A stretch of DNA of 63,547 bases, counting the filler, from Octopus bimaculoides (taxonomy: Eukaryota), in assembly GCF_001194135.2 (NCBI RefSeq). It is 4 parts of 4 records of this genome, joined end to end, with 100 filler letters (N's around TTAATTAATTAA, not from the genome) between each part and the next. Parts side by side here need not be neighbours in the genome. Positions count along the whole stretch, not along the records: positions 1 to 25,160 come from NC_068984.1; 3 more parts are not named here. One strand, 5' to 3'. Under the pieces are notes generated by a model. The model was not told where the DNA came from, did no database searches, and saw nothing but the letters and a program-made list of their open reading frames with translations. Position numbers and translations under genes: made by a program. Of this stretch, positions 13,085-23,946 are shown piece after piece (position 1 is the stretch's first letter; every line of letters begins with the position of its first letter).

Positions 13085-13572
13085 CGTTAGCACACCGGGC
13101 AAAATGCTTAGTAGCATTTTGTCTGTCTTTATGAGTTCAGATTCCACTGAGGTCTACTTTGCCTTTCATCCTTTCAGGGTTGATAAATTAAGTACGAATG
13201 GAACATTGGGGTTGATGTAATCGACAAGTCCAGGGGTTTTCAAACTGTGGTCCGCGGACCACAGGGGGTCCGTGGACAGCAAATACTTTTTATGGGCAAT
13301 TTGATTTTATATATGTTTTTTAATCGAAATCTTTTAATTGACAATAAACCTATTTGTTAAATACTGATAAATAAATAAATGTAAAAATATGTTATTTTAA
13401 GCAAATATTTATGTATAAATTTCATAAGTGTTTATAAGGGGGTCCCTAAAGTAAAGCCTGAAATATAAAGGGGTCTGCAAGTCAAAAAGTTTGAAAACCC
13501 CTGGACTAGTCGACTCACCTAAAATTTCAGGCCTTGTGCCTTTAGTAGAAAGGATCATCATTATTATTATTC
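13085..13572 (+). mobile_element. Meta-domain-like SINE interrupted by a MITE; ends in (ATT)n
   Basis: gcctttcatcctttcagggttgataaattaagtac..ggggttgatgtaatcgac [insert] ..aaatttcaggccttgtgcctttagtagaaagg(att)n; same family as 21612. Confidence 0.75.
13231..13503. mobile_element. hAT (Charlie-like) MITE, 273 bp
   Basis: Perfect 16-bp TIRs CAGGGGTTTTCAAACT / AGTTTGAAAACCCCTG; 8-bp TSD gacaagtc / gactagtc. Confidence 0.9.
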
Positions 13573-14400
13573 AGTAGTCTCATTATTATCACGTGCTTTC
13601 ACTGCACTACCAAGCCCATCTCTGTGTGTTTTGTGTATGTGCTGTGGTTTGTTGCAATGCTCTTATTGTTACTGTATTGAAAATGTTTTATGTCAGACAT
13701 GTGCAGTGCCTAGTAGTGCTATTTTCTGTTTGTTATATATACTTGTTAGTCCTGGTGTTTTTGTTATGTCTGAATATTTTTTTATCATATCTAATGCACC
13801 CACTATGATAGGAATTGTTTCTGTTTTTAGACTCCGCATTCATGTTACCTCTATTTCCAGATCTTTGTATTTTGAAAGTTTCTCTGTTTCTTTCTTTTAA
13901 AGAAACATTGTCATCTGTTGGTATTGATACATCGATTAGAAAGCATTTTTTTTTTTTTGGTGATCCCTGACAACTATATCCAGCCTATTGGCCTTAATTT
14001 CTCTATCTGAGTGTATTGATGTATCCCAGAGTATGGTTGCTTTCTCATTTTCTGTGACTTTTTCTGGCGTGTGCCTATACCATCTTTTTTCTGTTGTTAT
14101 TCCATAGTGTTGGCATAGCTTCCAGTTTATATATATAGGTCCCAACTTTGTCATGTCTATGAATATATTCCTTCTTATCCAGGACTGGGCAGCCAGACAC
14201 AATGTGATTTTTATTGTTTCTTCTCTATCTCCCCATATTCTGCAGTTATTTACATTTCTTTTTATTACATGTTTTGGTAATTTCTGGTGGGAAGGCTTTG
14301 AACTTTGTCAAACATTTTGTGCATGCCCCTTTTATATTGCTTGTAATTATTTTCTCTCGACTTACCATATTTTGTATCACATCTTGTTGTTTGTGATTGG
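13573..14400 (-). mobile_element. R4/Dong-clade non-LTR retrotransposon 3' fragment (zinc knuckle + RLE)
   Basis: CRIWGDREETI..HIVSGCPVL..HRHDKVG..WKLCQHYG..ILWDTSIHSDREIKANRLDIVVRD..CFLIDVSIP..EKLSKYKDLEIEV..IVGAL; ends at a (TAA)n tract. Confidence 0.85.
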
Positions 14401-14454
14401 TGGCCATCTTTGCTCTTCTTGTGCCTGCTCCAGTTATTCTAATTTTGCACTAGC

Positions 14455-14920
14455 ATTGTCAGGGGGGAGCCCCTGTAGCAAGGCACAAGAAGCCAGCACC
14501 ATTTTGAACGAGATCTCACCGGTAGCCATTACCAGGTCCGAGACAAGAACAAGATCTCGCCTGCAACCATTTGCTATGTGTGAGACGACAATGACACTCT
14601 CGTCAGCAACCACTATTTAAGCAGGAGAATTAAGACATTCCTTCTCTTTTTCCTTCTCACTTACGCTGAGAAACACTGCAAAGCTGGCAGCTTACAGCAA
14701 ACTCTTGTCCTGCTCTAACTCTACCTGTTTATCTCCATAGGTAATGAACCTCACGTATACGGAGCCATAATGAACCATGTGTTGCTATAAAGATGGAACC
14801 ACATGAACAAGAACTCAAAATAAACTATTGAATTGTACTCTGCTTGTGAACTTCTTTGTGTTCCAGATCCTCGAGACTACAGAAATTATTATAATGGGAG
14901 AAGGAGACACTCCACAGGTA
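14455..14920 (+). mobile_element. Possible solo LTR
   Basis: Purine tract aggggggag followed by TGTAGC; TATA-like ctatttaag, then AATAAA; ends near ..ccaca/..tatca. No TSD confirmed. Confidence 0.35.
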
Positions 14921-15064
14921 TCATAAACCTTCAATTCCATTATACATATATACTCGTACATACACACATGCATATATCAGCACAACTTATACAGTTATAA
15001 TTATATATATATATATAGACTGTATGTCAAAGGCTATGTTTTTAATAAATAAATACTATTAGAA

Positions 15065-16312
15065 AAGGTAAGTTGAATCGCTACCAGAACTAGAAAAGAA
15101 ATTTCAGGTGTGGAAGCAAGGTCTGGAATCAAAGGGCCTTAGAGTTAATTTAACAAAGACCAAAGTCTTACTAAGTAGGAAAGCAGACAAATCACAAATC
15201 CCTTCAGGGAGATGGCCCTGCTCAATATGTAACAAAAGGCTTGGGTAGTAACTCTGTAAGATGTACCCATCGTAAACTATGGACACCTAAGAGGTGCAGC
15301 AATATCAGAGGAAGGTTAACAGGAAAAGAAGTTTGTGTGTGGCAGATGTACAGGTACAATGAATGTAAGAAATGTACGGAAAATAGACTCCTTCAGATGC
15401 CAGTGGGGATAGCTAGAAGTAGTTGATAACTTCTGTTATCTGGGTGACCAAGTCAGCAGTGGAAATGGATGATCCAAGAGTATAGCTGCTAGAATAAGAA
15501 TAGGCTAGGCAAAGTTTAAAGAGCTGCTACTTTTGTTGGTAACAAAGGGCCTCTCCCTCAGAATGGAAGGAAGATTGTATGATGACTGTGTGCAGACAGC
15601 CATGTTACATGGTAGTGAAACATGTAAAGGCTTGAAAGAAATGAAGCTAGTATGCCTCACTGGATGTGCAATGTCAGTACGCATGTATGACAGAGGGTAA
15701 ACATCTTGAGAGAAAAATTGAGCATAAGAGTCATCAACTGTGGTATGCAAGAGAGGAGATTCTGCTGGTATGGTCATGTGATGCATATGAATGAGGACAG
15801 CTGTGTAAAGAAGTGCCAATCTCTAACTGTGGAGGGAACCTGTGGGAAAGGTTGACCCAAGAAGACATGGGATAAGGTGGTGAAGCATGATCTTTGGATG
15901 TTGGGCCTCGTGGAGGTAATAACAAATGATTGAGACTTCCAGCGGTTTGCTGTGCTTGAGAAGACTTGTCAGGCTAAGTAAAATCATAGTAATGAACAGT
16001 GTCAGTGACAGATAAAAGGTACCTATGTTGGTGGCACATAAAAGGCATCCATGACAGTGATACATAAATGGCACCTGTGCTAATGACATGTGGAAGTACT
16101 CATGCTGGTAACATGTAAAGGGCACCCATGCCGATGACATGTAAAAGACACCCACTACACTCTAGGAGTGGTTGACATTAGAAAGGGCATCCAGCCATAG
16201 AAACCAAGGCAATATCAGACTGGAGCCTGCCACAGCTCTCCAGCTTACCACTTCCAGTCAAACTGTCTAACCCATGCCAGCATGGAAAATGGACGTTAAA
16301 TGATGATGATGA
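15065..16312 (+). mobile_element. RTE-clade LINE 3' fragment with 3' UTR
   Basis: ESLPELEKKFQVWKQGLESKGLRVNLTKTKVLLS..GRWPCSIC..KLWT.KRCSNIRGRLT; 3' end ccatgccagcatggaaaatggacgttaaa(tga)n. Confidence 0.85.
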
Positions 16313-16695
16313 GCTAAACACATGTCAGTGGGAAGATGAAACACAGTAACAGTCAACACATTTGCTATGAGTTACATTTACATGTATTATTTAATAACTA
16401 CTGTTGCTAAACAAACCATATTGCAGCCTCCAGACATAGCAGTTACAGCAACCTACCAACATCTTATCTGATTATGTGAGCCTAAGAGCAAAGATAAGAC
16501 CTGATGTAACTTCCAGACCATTAGCATCAGCATCACATGACCTGAGTTGACCAATAGAAGCCTAACATCTAGAAACCATCTTGAATTTGTCTCATCCTGA
16601 TGCTTGATGAGTTAGATTCGTTTTACAAGCCTACAAAACTTTAAGTTGCATGGAGCTTAGTCAGCTATTATTAAATAACCTATATCTATAGCTAT

Positions 16696-16727
<32 letters not shown>

Positions 16728-16733
16728 TGATAA

Positions 16734-16781
<48 letters not shown>

Positions 16782-17139
16782 ATGTGTGTGGTCGACATAT
16801 GAGATCCAGAGATTCTCAGTAGAAAAGACACTTATTAATGCTCAAAAGATTCAAACTTATACTCTGATGTCTTTAGAGATCAATTCTGTGGGGTAAAGAA
16901 TAGCTATAAAAGGGATCAAGTTGAGCAGGTGTGGAGGCAATTATGTGGATAAACAGTTTGGGTATGAAATACAAAATATGTATATATGTATACATGCAAA
17001 ACAAGAGAAAGCAAAAAGTAAAGACTTTCAGACAATGAACATTTAAATATAAATATATAGATTTTCATATTAATAGATTCAACTTTCACAGAGTACAAAC
17101 GACAGAGAAAATTAAAGGGAAGGAAGAAAGGTGTTATAA

Positions 17140-17265
17140 GTCCAACAGCTGTTTCTGGGGCTCAGAAGTCCATCATAATGTTGGTAGATGTAGTTCATCA
17201 CAATATACAGCTATGATGGAAGCAATCAACATTGGATAAATGAAGTCTCCGTCATCAGGTTAGAG
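17140..17265 (-). ncRNA. Degenerate type I hammerhead motif in a Penelope pseudo-LTR-like segment
   Basis: Minus strand reads CTGATGA-cggagac..(long stem II with ccatcata/tatgatgg)..GAAAC-AGCT-GTT; stem I is poorly paired. Confidence 0.55.
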
Positions 17266-18224
17266 AAGCTCTTACATTTCAGATCATAATGCAGAGAAGT
17301 TTAAAGGTGGAACTTCTCTAAATATATAAATTAATTTCAATATCTTTAATGAAGATTTTTTATCATTAAAGAGATGGCTATGTCTTCTTATGAAAATCAT
17401 GGCATTGTAGTCAATACCACAACTTCATACATATACATCATTTGTTAGTTTGTTTGTTCTTTACAAAAGTGTGTGAAAGATAGATTGATAGGTAATGTTG
17501 CCACCATAGTAACTAATAAGTTTTGATTGGAAGTCTATCAACACAACGTAATGACAATGACCTGTCCTTCTAGTGAAAGTTTTTTTTCTTTTTGAAGTAT
17601 GTGTTACATTGCCTGAATGTTGTATTGCAATTTGTGATTTAAAAAAATGGCAAGGAAATCCCAACAAAAACAGATAAATTCCAACTTATATTGGACAGCC
17701 ACTCTGAAAGTCCACTTTTCCTGCTTCCAGTAGGGGGTGGGGCACAATGAGTAATATTTACTGCATTTTTGACTTTGAGAAAAAAAAAATTTTTTACAAA
17801 TGTTCACTGCCTTGCAAAAATTATACCAGCTAAGCAACATGACCTTCTCTAAATTCATTATAATACATTTAGAATACTATTTCAGAAAATTATCTCCATT
17901 CTCTTTGAGCATACAAATAAGATAAGTTTTGCCTCTTCAATTTTCCAGAATAACTTTTGAAAAAAGACTCATACACATCAATATTCATCCTTAGACATCA
18001 GAAAGACCAGAAATAAAATTTTTTTTTTTAATATTTAAGTCAGCTGAAAGAGGATCTGGGAAACAGGATCTGGCACATTAACACGAAATATTCTCACGAT
18101 CTGCTGGAGTGGCTCTCTTCATGATATATTACACCAAGCAGCTAAAGAAAAGAAATTATTGAAATTAGTCATTAGTTATTTTGCCCCAATTTGCATACCA
18201 CTTTTTTTTAGAAAATTGAGTAGC

Positions 18225-18365
18225 TTGCTTACCAACCACATGGTTCCGGGTTCAGTCCCACTGCGTGGCACCTTGGGCAAGTGTCTTCAACTATAGCCTC
18301 GGGCTGACCAAAGCCTTGTGAGTGGATTTGGTTTGTTAGATGGAAACTGAAAGAAGCCCGTCGTA

Positions 18366-18402
<37 letters not shown>

Positions 18403-18705
18403 NNNNNNNNNNNNNNNNNNNNNNNNNNNNNNNNNNNNNNNNNNNNNNNNNNNNNNNNNNNNNNNNNNNNNNNNNNNNNNNNNNNTGTGTGTGTGTGTGT
18501 GTTTGTGTCTGTGCTTGTCCCCCCACCATCGCTTGACAACCGATGCTGGTGTGTTTACGTCCCCGTAACTTAGCGGTTCGGCAAAAAGAGACCGATAGAA
18601 TAAGTACTAGGCTTACAAAGAATAAGTCCTGGGGTCGATTTTCTCGACTAAAGGCGGTGGTCCAGCATGGCCGCAGTCAAATGACTGAAACAAGTAAAAG
18701 AGTAA
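18225..18705 (+). mobile_element. Near full-length tRNA-derived SINE with central (TA)n/(TG)n microsatellite (gap inside)
   Basis: Head with B-box-like gggttcagtccc; tail aataagtactaggcttacaaagaataagtcctggggtcg..gaaacaagtaaaagag. Confidence 0.9.
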
Positions 18706-19069
18706 ATTAGACATTAGTGTGAGAAAAAAATTAACATGGAATCCAATTTTCATTGTTAAACATCAAAAACTATCCAGATATTTTATCAGCAGCCTCAATT
18801 ATAATCTGATCGAAATTGAGCAAACATTTCTTGGAAAAAAAAAGAACCGGTCACTTGATTATGTTTCAAAGTCTCTCAACTTTGACAACTATGCTGACAT
18901 TTTTCCACTCCCCAAAAATGATGCAACAGTACAAATGATCCAATACTGGTTTCACGGGTTTCAAGCATGTAACGGCTTCAAACATATAAGGAGAAAATAA
19001 TGAGCAATCAGAAATTACCAATTTTGCCCCATACCCTATGGTAATTACTAGTGTTTGACAAAAATGAAG

Positions 19070-19342
19070 GTGCATGGCTCAGTGGTTAGAGCATCAGGCT
19101 TACAACCATGAGGTAGTGAGTTCAATTCCCAGGCCAGTCTGTGTGTTGTGTTCTTGAGCAAGACACTTTATTTCACGTTGCTCTGGTTCACTCATCAGTA
19201 GAAATGAGTTGCAACATCACAGGCGCCCAGCTGTATGTATGGGTGACTGCTGGTCTTCCATAAACAAATTTGCCCAGACTTGTACCTCAGAGGGGAACTT
19301 TCTAGGTGCAATCCCATGGTCATTCATGACCGAAGGGAGTCT
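19070..19342 (+). mobile_element. Second tRNA-derived SINE family
   Basis: A box tggctcagtgg, B box gagttcaattc, then gtgttcttgagcaagacactttatttcacgttgctc; same family at 50895 and 51905. Confidence 0.8.
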
Positions 19343-19344
19343 TA

Positions 19345-21034
19345 ATTTTGAAACCACTGGCAGCCAGAGCCCGGTTGTAGTATGGGGTGGCAACATCAAA
19401 GATCTCTTTGCCTGAAGACCAACTGGAGAGTCTGATAGGACCATTCTCTTCTCTGACAAAACAAAAGATGTATATAGAGTAAGTAGTGACACATACGCAC
19501 AGCTTCTTAACAACAGAATTACACAAATATGCAGGTGGGCTAGAGATACAGCTTTTAAACTAGGCACAGAAGATAGGGTAGAGATACTGGCGAAGAAAAG
19601 AGGCCTTCATAATGATCAAGGATCATAAGCCTAACTTTGCCTCTAACCCTAAATGTAGGCTGATAAACCCGGCAAAGTCTGAGAATCAGACAAGTGAGCA
19701 AACAGCTCATCAGGAAGATCAGTAACGGCATTAGAAACGCCTCTGACCTTGCTCTATGGTGCAACACCAACGAAGTCATTGCCTGGTTTAAGGCCAACAG
19801 CAGTAAGGGTAAACCTAGGTTTACCCAATTTGATATAGTGAACTTCTACCCATCTGAATCAAGGGAGCTCCTGTTAAAGGCACTGAACTTTGCTAGGGCC
19901 CATGCTGAAGTCAATGACGAGGACATACACATTATCATGTATGCCAGAAGAACCCTACTCTTCAGTAAGGGATCTGCTTAGACTAAACGCATTGACCCAG
20001 CAGGCTCCTTCAATGTGGCAATGGGTGCTTTTGACAGTGCAGACGTATATGACCTAGTCGGTCTCTTCATCCTAGATATACTAAAAAAGAAATTCCCTTT
20101 AACTAGCTTTGGCCTCTACAGGGATGATGCGCTGGCAATATCAAGAAGGGCAAATGGCCACACACTAGATAGGCTCAGAAAGGACCTCACAAGCACCATA
20201 AACTCCCTCAGACTGAGGGTCACTTTAGAAACAAACCTGAAAACAGTAGATTTCCTCGACGTGACCCTGGACCTGGAATCTGGTGCATATAGGTCCTTTA
20301 GGAAACCAAATGAGAAGTTGTCTTATATTAACACAGGTTCCTGATATCCAGCCATAGTATTCAGGGACCTGGTTAAGGGTGTCAGAAGGAGAATTTCCAG
20401 CTTGTCTTCAAGCAAAGACATCTTTGATGCTGCTGCCCCGTATAAAGCCGGGCTCTGGCTGCCAGTGGTTTCAAGGATAATATTAGTTACATGCCAGACC
20501 CTAGCCTCCACAAGAGAAAGTGCCACCAGAAAGTACTGTGGTTTACAGCACCATTCTCTTAAACATTAAGACTAAAGTAGGTAATGTCTTCCTTAGTTTA
20601 GTTAATAGACACTTCCCCTGAACCAATAGATTCTACAAAATATTTAATAGACATGCCCTAAGATTATCCTTTAGCTGTGCACCTAGTGTAAAAAAGATTT
20701 TAGTAGGTAGACCCAGGCCTGAAGCTGAGGCAAGATACTCATTCAGGGGTAACACAACCTGTCCACTTAGCAGCCACTGCAATATGGAAACAGTTGTTTA
20801 TGAGGCAGAAATAACAGCAACAGAATCTAATGGACAACCGAGCATGCGGAAGTATGTAGGAGCAACAGAAGGTCTCTTCAGAACCTACTTTAATAACCAC
20901 AAGTCCTCATTCAACATCCCAGAGAGACGTAACTTCACAACCCTAGCCAAGCATGTCTGGACTCTGAAAGGAAACGCCATGGAGTACAGCATAAAGTGAA
21001 AGATCCTAGAAAGATGCAAACCATACTTCAATAG
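19345..21034 (+). mobile_element. Naiad-type Penelope-like retroelement pseudogene (RT + GIY-YIG) with an inverted segment at its 5' end
   Basis: QFDIVNFYPS, MGAFDSADVYDLVGLFIL, LYRDDAL, DFLDVTLDL, CPLSSHCNMETVVYEAE..YVGATEGLFRTYFNNHKSSF; multiple stops. Confidence 0.9.
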
Positions 21035-21135
21035 CTTACAAAGAATAAGTCCTGGGGTCGATTTGTTGAACTAAAGGCGGTGCTCCAGCATGGCCACAGT
21101 TACATGACTGAAACAAGTAAAACAGTAAAAGAGTA
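21035..21135 (+). mobile_element. SINE 3' tail fragment
   Basis: gcttacaaagaataagtcctggggtcgatttg..gaaacaagtaaaa. Confidence 0.8.
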
Positions 21136-21451
21136 TATAAATTTCCAGGATTCAAGTGAATCAGGTACTTAAATGGTAAAGCACCAAGGTCAGGTTGATG
21201 ATATCGCTATTGTGACTGTACAAACAATATTTGAGGACAAATATGTACTTACTAAAGTAAACATGGATTTATACTCTGGTTGTGTACACAATCACAAATG
21301 GCCGACTGAATATACAACAAGTCATCAAGGTTGCACATGGGTACAAACGGTGCACCCTTTGCACTGCACTCTGTACACTCTTGATCCAACTGAATTGCAA
21401 ATTCCAAGTTAGGTAAACTGCAATCCATCTGTTGTTATTTGTGTATATATG

Positions 21452-21525
<74 letters not shown>

Positions 21526-21611
21526 GAAAGAGACAGACAGACAGATACAGACAAACAGACAGACAGACAGACAGATAGAAAGATAGATAGATAGATAAAC
21601 AGATAGATAGA

Positions 21612-21845
21612 TAGCGGCAAGCTTGCAGAAACGTTAGCTCTCTGAGCGAAATGCTTAGTAGTATTTCGTCTGCCGTTACTTTGTGAGTTCAGATTCTGCC
21701 GAGGTCGACATTGCCTTTCGTACTTTCGGGGTCTATAAATTAAGTACCAGTTATGCACTGGGGTCGAACTAATTGACTTAATCCCTTTGTCTGTCCTTGT
21801 GTGTCCCCTCTATGTTTAGCCCCTTCTGTGCAATAATGAAATAAG
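21612..21845 (+). mobile_element. Meta-domain-like SINE
   Basis: gcagaaacgttagc..gagttcagattctgccgaggtcgac..ttcggggtctataaattaagtaccagttatgcactggggtcga. Confidence 0.8.
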
Positions 21846-21914
21846 ATAGATAGATGGATAGATTGATAGAAAGGTAGATAGACAGACAGATAGATAGATA
21901 GATAGATAGACATA

Positions 21915-23400
21915 TATAGGGTGAGAAATGTGTGGATAATGGTATGCTTGCACTTAGTGACTCAGAGAAGAAAGATGCATGGAAGTGCCACTATGAAAGG
22001 TTATAAAATGTGGAAAATGCATGGGAGAAGGAGAGTCTTTCAAATATTAAACCAACTGAGGAACCAACATCAGAGTTGACAACAATATAATAAATAAGGC
22101 AATTAAGGATATGAAGACAGGGAAAGGTACCATCCCCATTTACTGGTGTAGTAGTATTATAGTTAGCTGCTGTTACAAGGGTAAAGGTGACGTCTTAGAT
22201 AGAAACAACTACAGAGGTTTCAAACTACTGGACCAGGTCATGAAAGTTACAGAAGGAGTTATAGCTCAATTGATTAGGAATAAAATTAAACTAAATGAGA
22301 TGCAGTTTGGTTTTGTACCTGGAAGAGTACCACAGATGCCATCTTCCTAGTGAGACAGCTGCAGGAAAAGTACTTGGTCAAAAGTAAGCCATTGTCCTTA
22401 GCTTTTGTTGACCTGGTGGTCTCTAAGAATGTTAGGAATAGATGAATGGCTTGTTACAGCTGTACAAGCCATGTATAGTGGTACTATCAGTAGACTGAGA
22501 GTCAGCTATGAATACAGTGATGAATTTAGCTTACAAGTAGGGGCTCACCAGAGCTCAGTTCTCAATCCACTATTATTCATTACAGTCCTCCAGGCCATAA
22601 CAGAGGAATTCAAAACTGGATGCCCGTGGGAACTTTTATATGCAGATGACCTCACTCCTATTACAGAATCTGTAGCAGAATTGGAGAAGAAATTCCTGGT
22701 ATGGGAGCAAAACCAGGAATCAAAGGACTTTAAAGTTAACCTAACAAAGACCAAAGTTGTTGTTAGCAAGAAAGCAGATAAGACTCTCTTTCTGTTGGGT
22801 AAATGGCGCTACTCAATATGTAGGAAAGGAGTTGGAAGTATTTCCATTCACTGCACCCAAGGTAGAGCTGTGAACACATAAGAGGTGCAATGGAATCACA
22901 GGTAGATTAATAGATAAAGTTGTCTTCATATGTGGCAGATGCGCAAGAAGAATAAACACTAAGGACACATGGGAGTTAGACTCTCTCAGATGCTCAGGAT
23001 GCCCTCTTGAGGTTGTAAATAGTTTCTGTTACCTAGGTGACCAAATTATCAATGGTGGAGGAATTTCTGAAAGTATTGTTTCTAGAATAAGAATAGGATG
23101 GAGGAAGATCAGAGAGCTATTACATCTGTTGGCAACAAAAGGACTCTCTCTCTCTCTCTCAGAGTGAAAGGTAGATTGTTTGATGCTTGTGTACAAGTGG
23201 CTATACTCCATGGCAGGGAGACATGGGCTCTGAATCCAGAGGACATGCAGAGACTGGAAAGGAATGAAGGTAGAATGCTCCACTGGATGTGCAACATCAG
23301 TATGCATTTATGACAAAGTGTAAATGTGTTGAGTTGGGTATAAGAGGAATCAGATGCAGCATGCAAGAGAGAAGACTATGTAGGTTTGGACTTGTGATGC
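21915..23400 (+). mobile_element. RTE-clade LINE ORF2 fragment (RT), same family as 15065
   Basis: NNYRGFKLLDQVMKV, QFGFVPGR, QSSVLNPLLFI, ELLYADDL, KVNLTKTKV; frameshifts. Confidence 0.9.
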
Positions 23401-23627
23401 AGAAACTTAAAGAAGACAAGTTTGAAGAACATCTTGTTTTCAATGATGAGGCCACCTTTCAAACAAGAATCAAATTCAATAAGCATAATGTTAGCATTTA
23501 GGGCAAAGAAAGTAGCCATGTTACAGCTGAGCACATGAAGAACACACCAAAAGTGAATGTGTTCTGCACCAACTCCAAGAATCATTTTTATGGTCCATTT
23601 TTCTTTGAAGGCAATATTATTGGCAAT

Positions 23628-23946
23628 AATTGCAGCATGGAAGGTGTTTATAAGCCATTTAAAATAACATACAAAAACCATTAGATTCATTTCAACATTT
23701 AAATTTAATTTGTCAAAATATTTTCGTCGCTTTGAGACTGCGACCTGTTCACTGACAAAGTTCTGTGCTGTCGCGGTCTCAAAGCGACGAAAATATTTTT
23801 ACAAATTAAATTTAAATGTTGAAGTGAATCTAACGGCTTTTGTGTGTTATTTTAAATGGCTTATAAACACCTTCCACGCTGCAATTGTTTTCGTTCCAGC
23901 ACACGATCTCAGATCAGGTCACTTGCTATGCAAGTACATCTCTGCA
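23628..23946. mobile_element. Foldback insertion: about 117-bp inverted arms plus a 60-bp tail, flanked by the 12-bp TSD attattggcaat
   Basis: Arms 23628-23744 and 23770-23886 are near-perfect reverse complements; TSD copies at 23616-23627 and 23947-23958. Confidence 0.9.
23709..23759 (-). ncRNA. Hammerhead-like motif with G3-C8 swapped core
   Basis: tttgtca-GTGAACA-g-gtcgc agtctcaaa gcgac-GAAA-atat-TT-tgacaaa: 7-bp stem I, 5-bp stem II, palindromic stem III. Confidence 0.55.

Noticed and set aside
20330-21000. In-frame TGA codons in the Naiad element as possible selenocysteine
   Set aside because: The TGAs fall at non-Cys positions (one where Trp is expected), and the zinc-finger Cys codons are TGT/TGC or mutated to TAC/TTC; this is ordinary decay.
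21173-21412. 79-aa ORF of ordinary composition between repeats
   Set aside because: No recognisable motif and no convincing splice-site pair.
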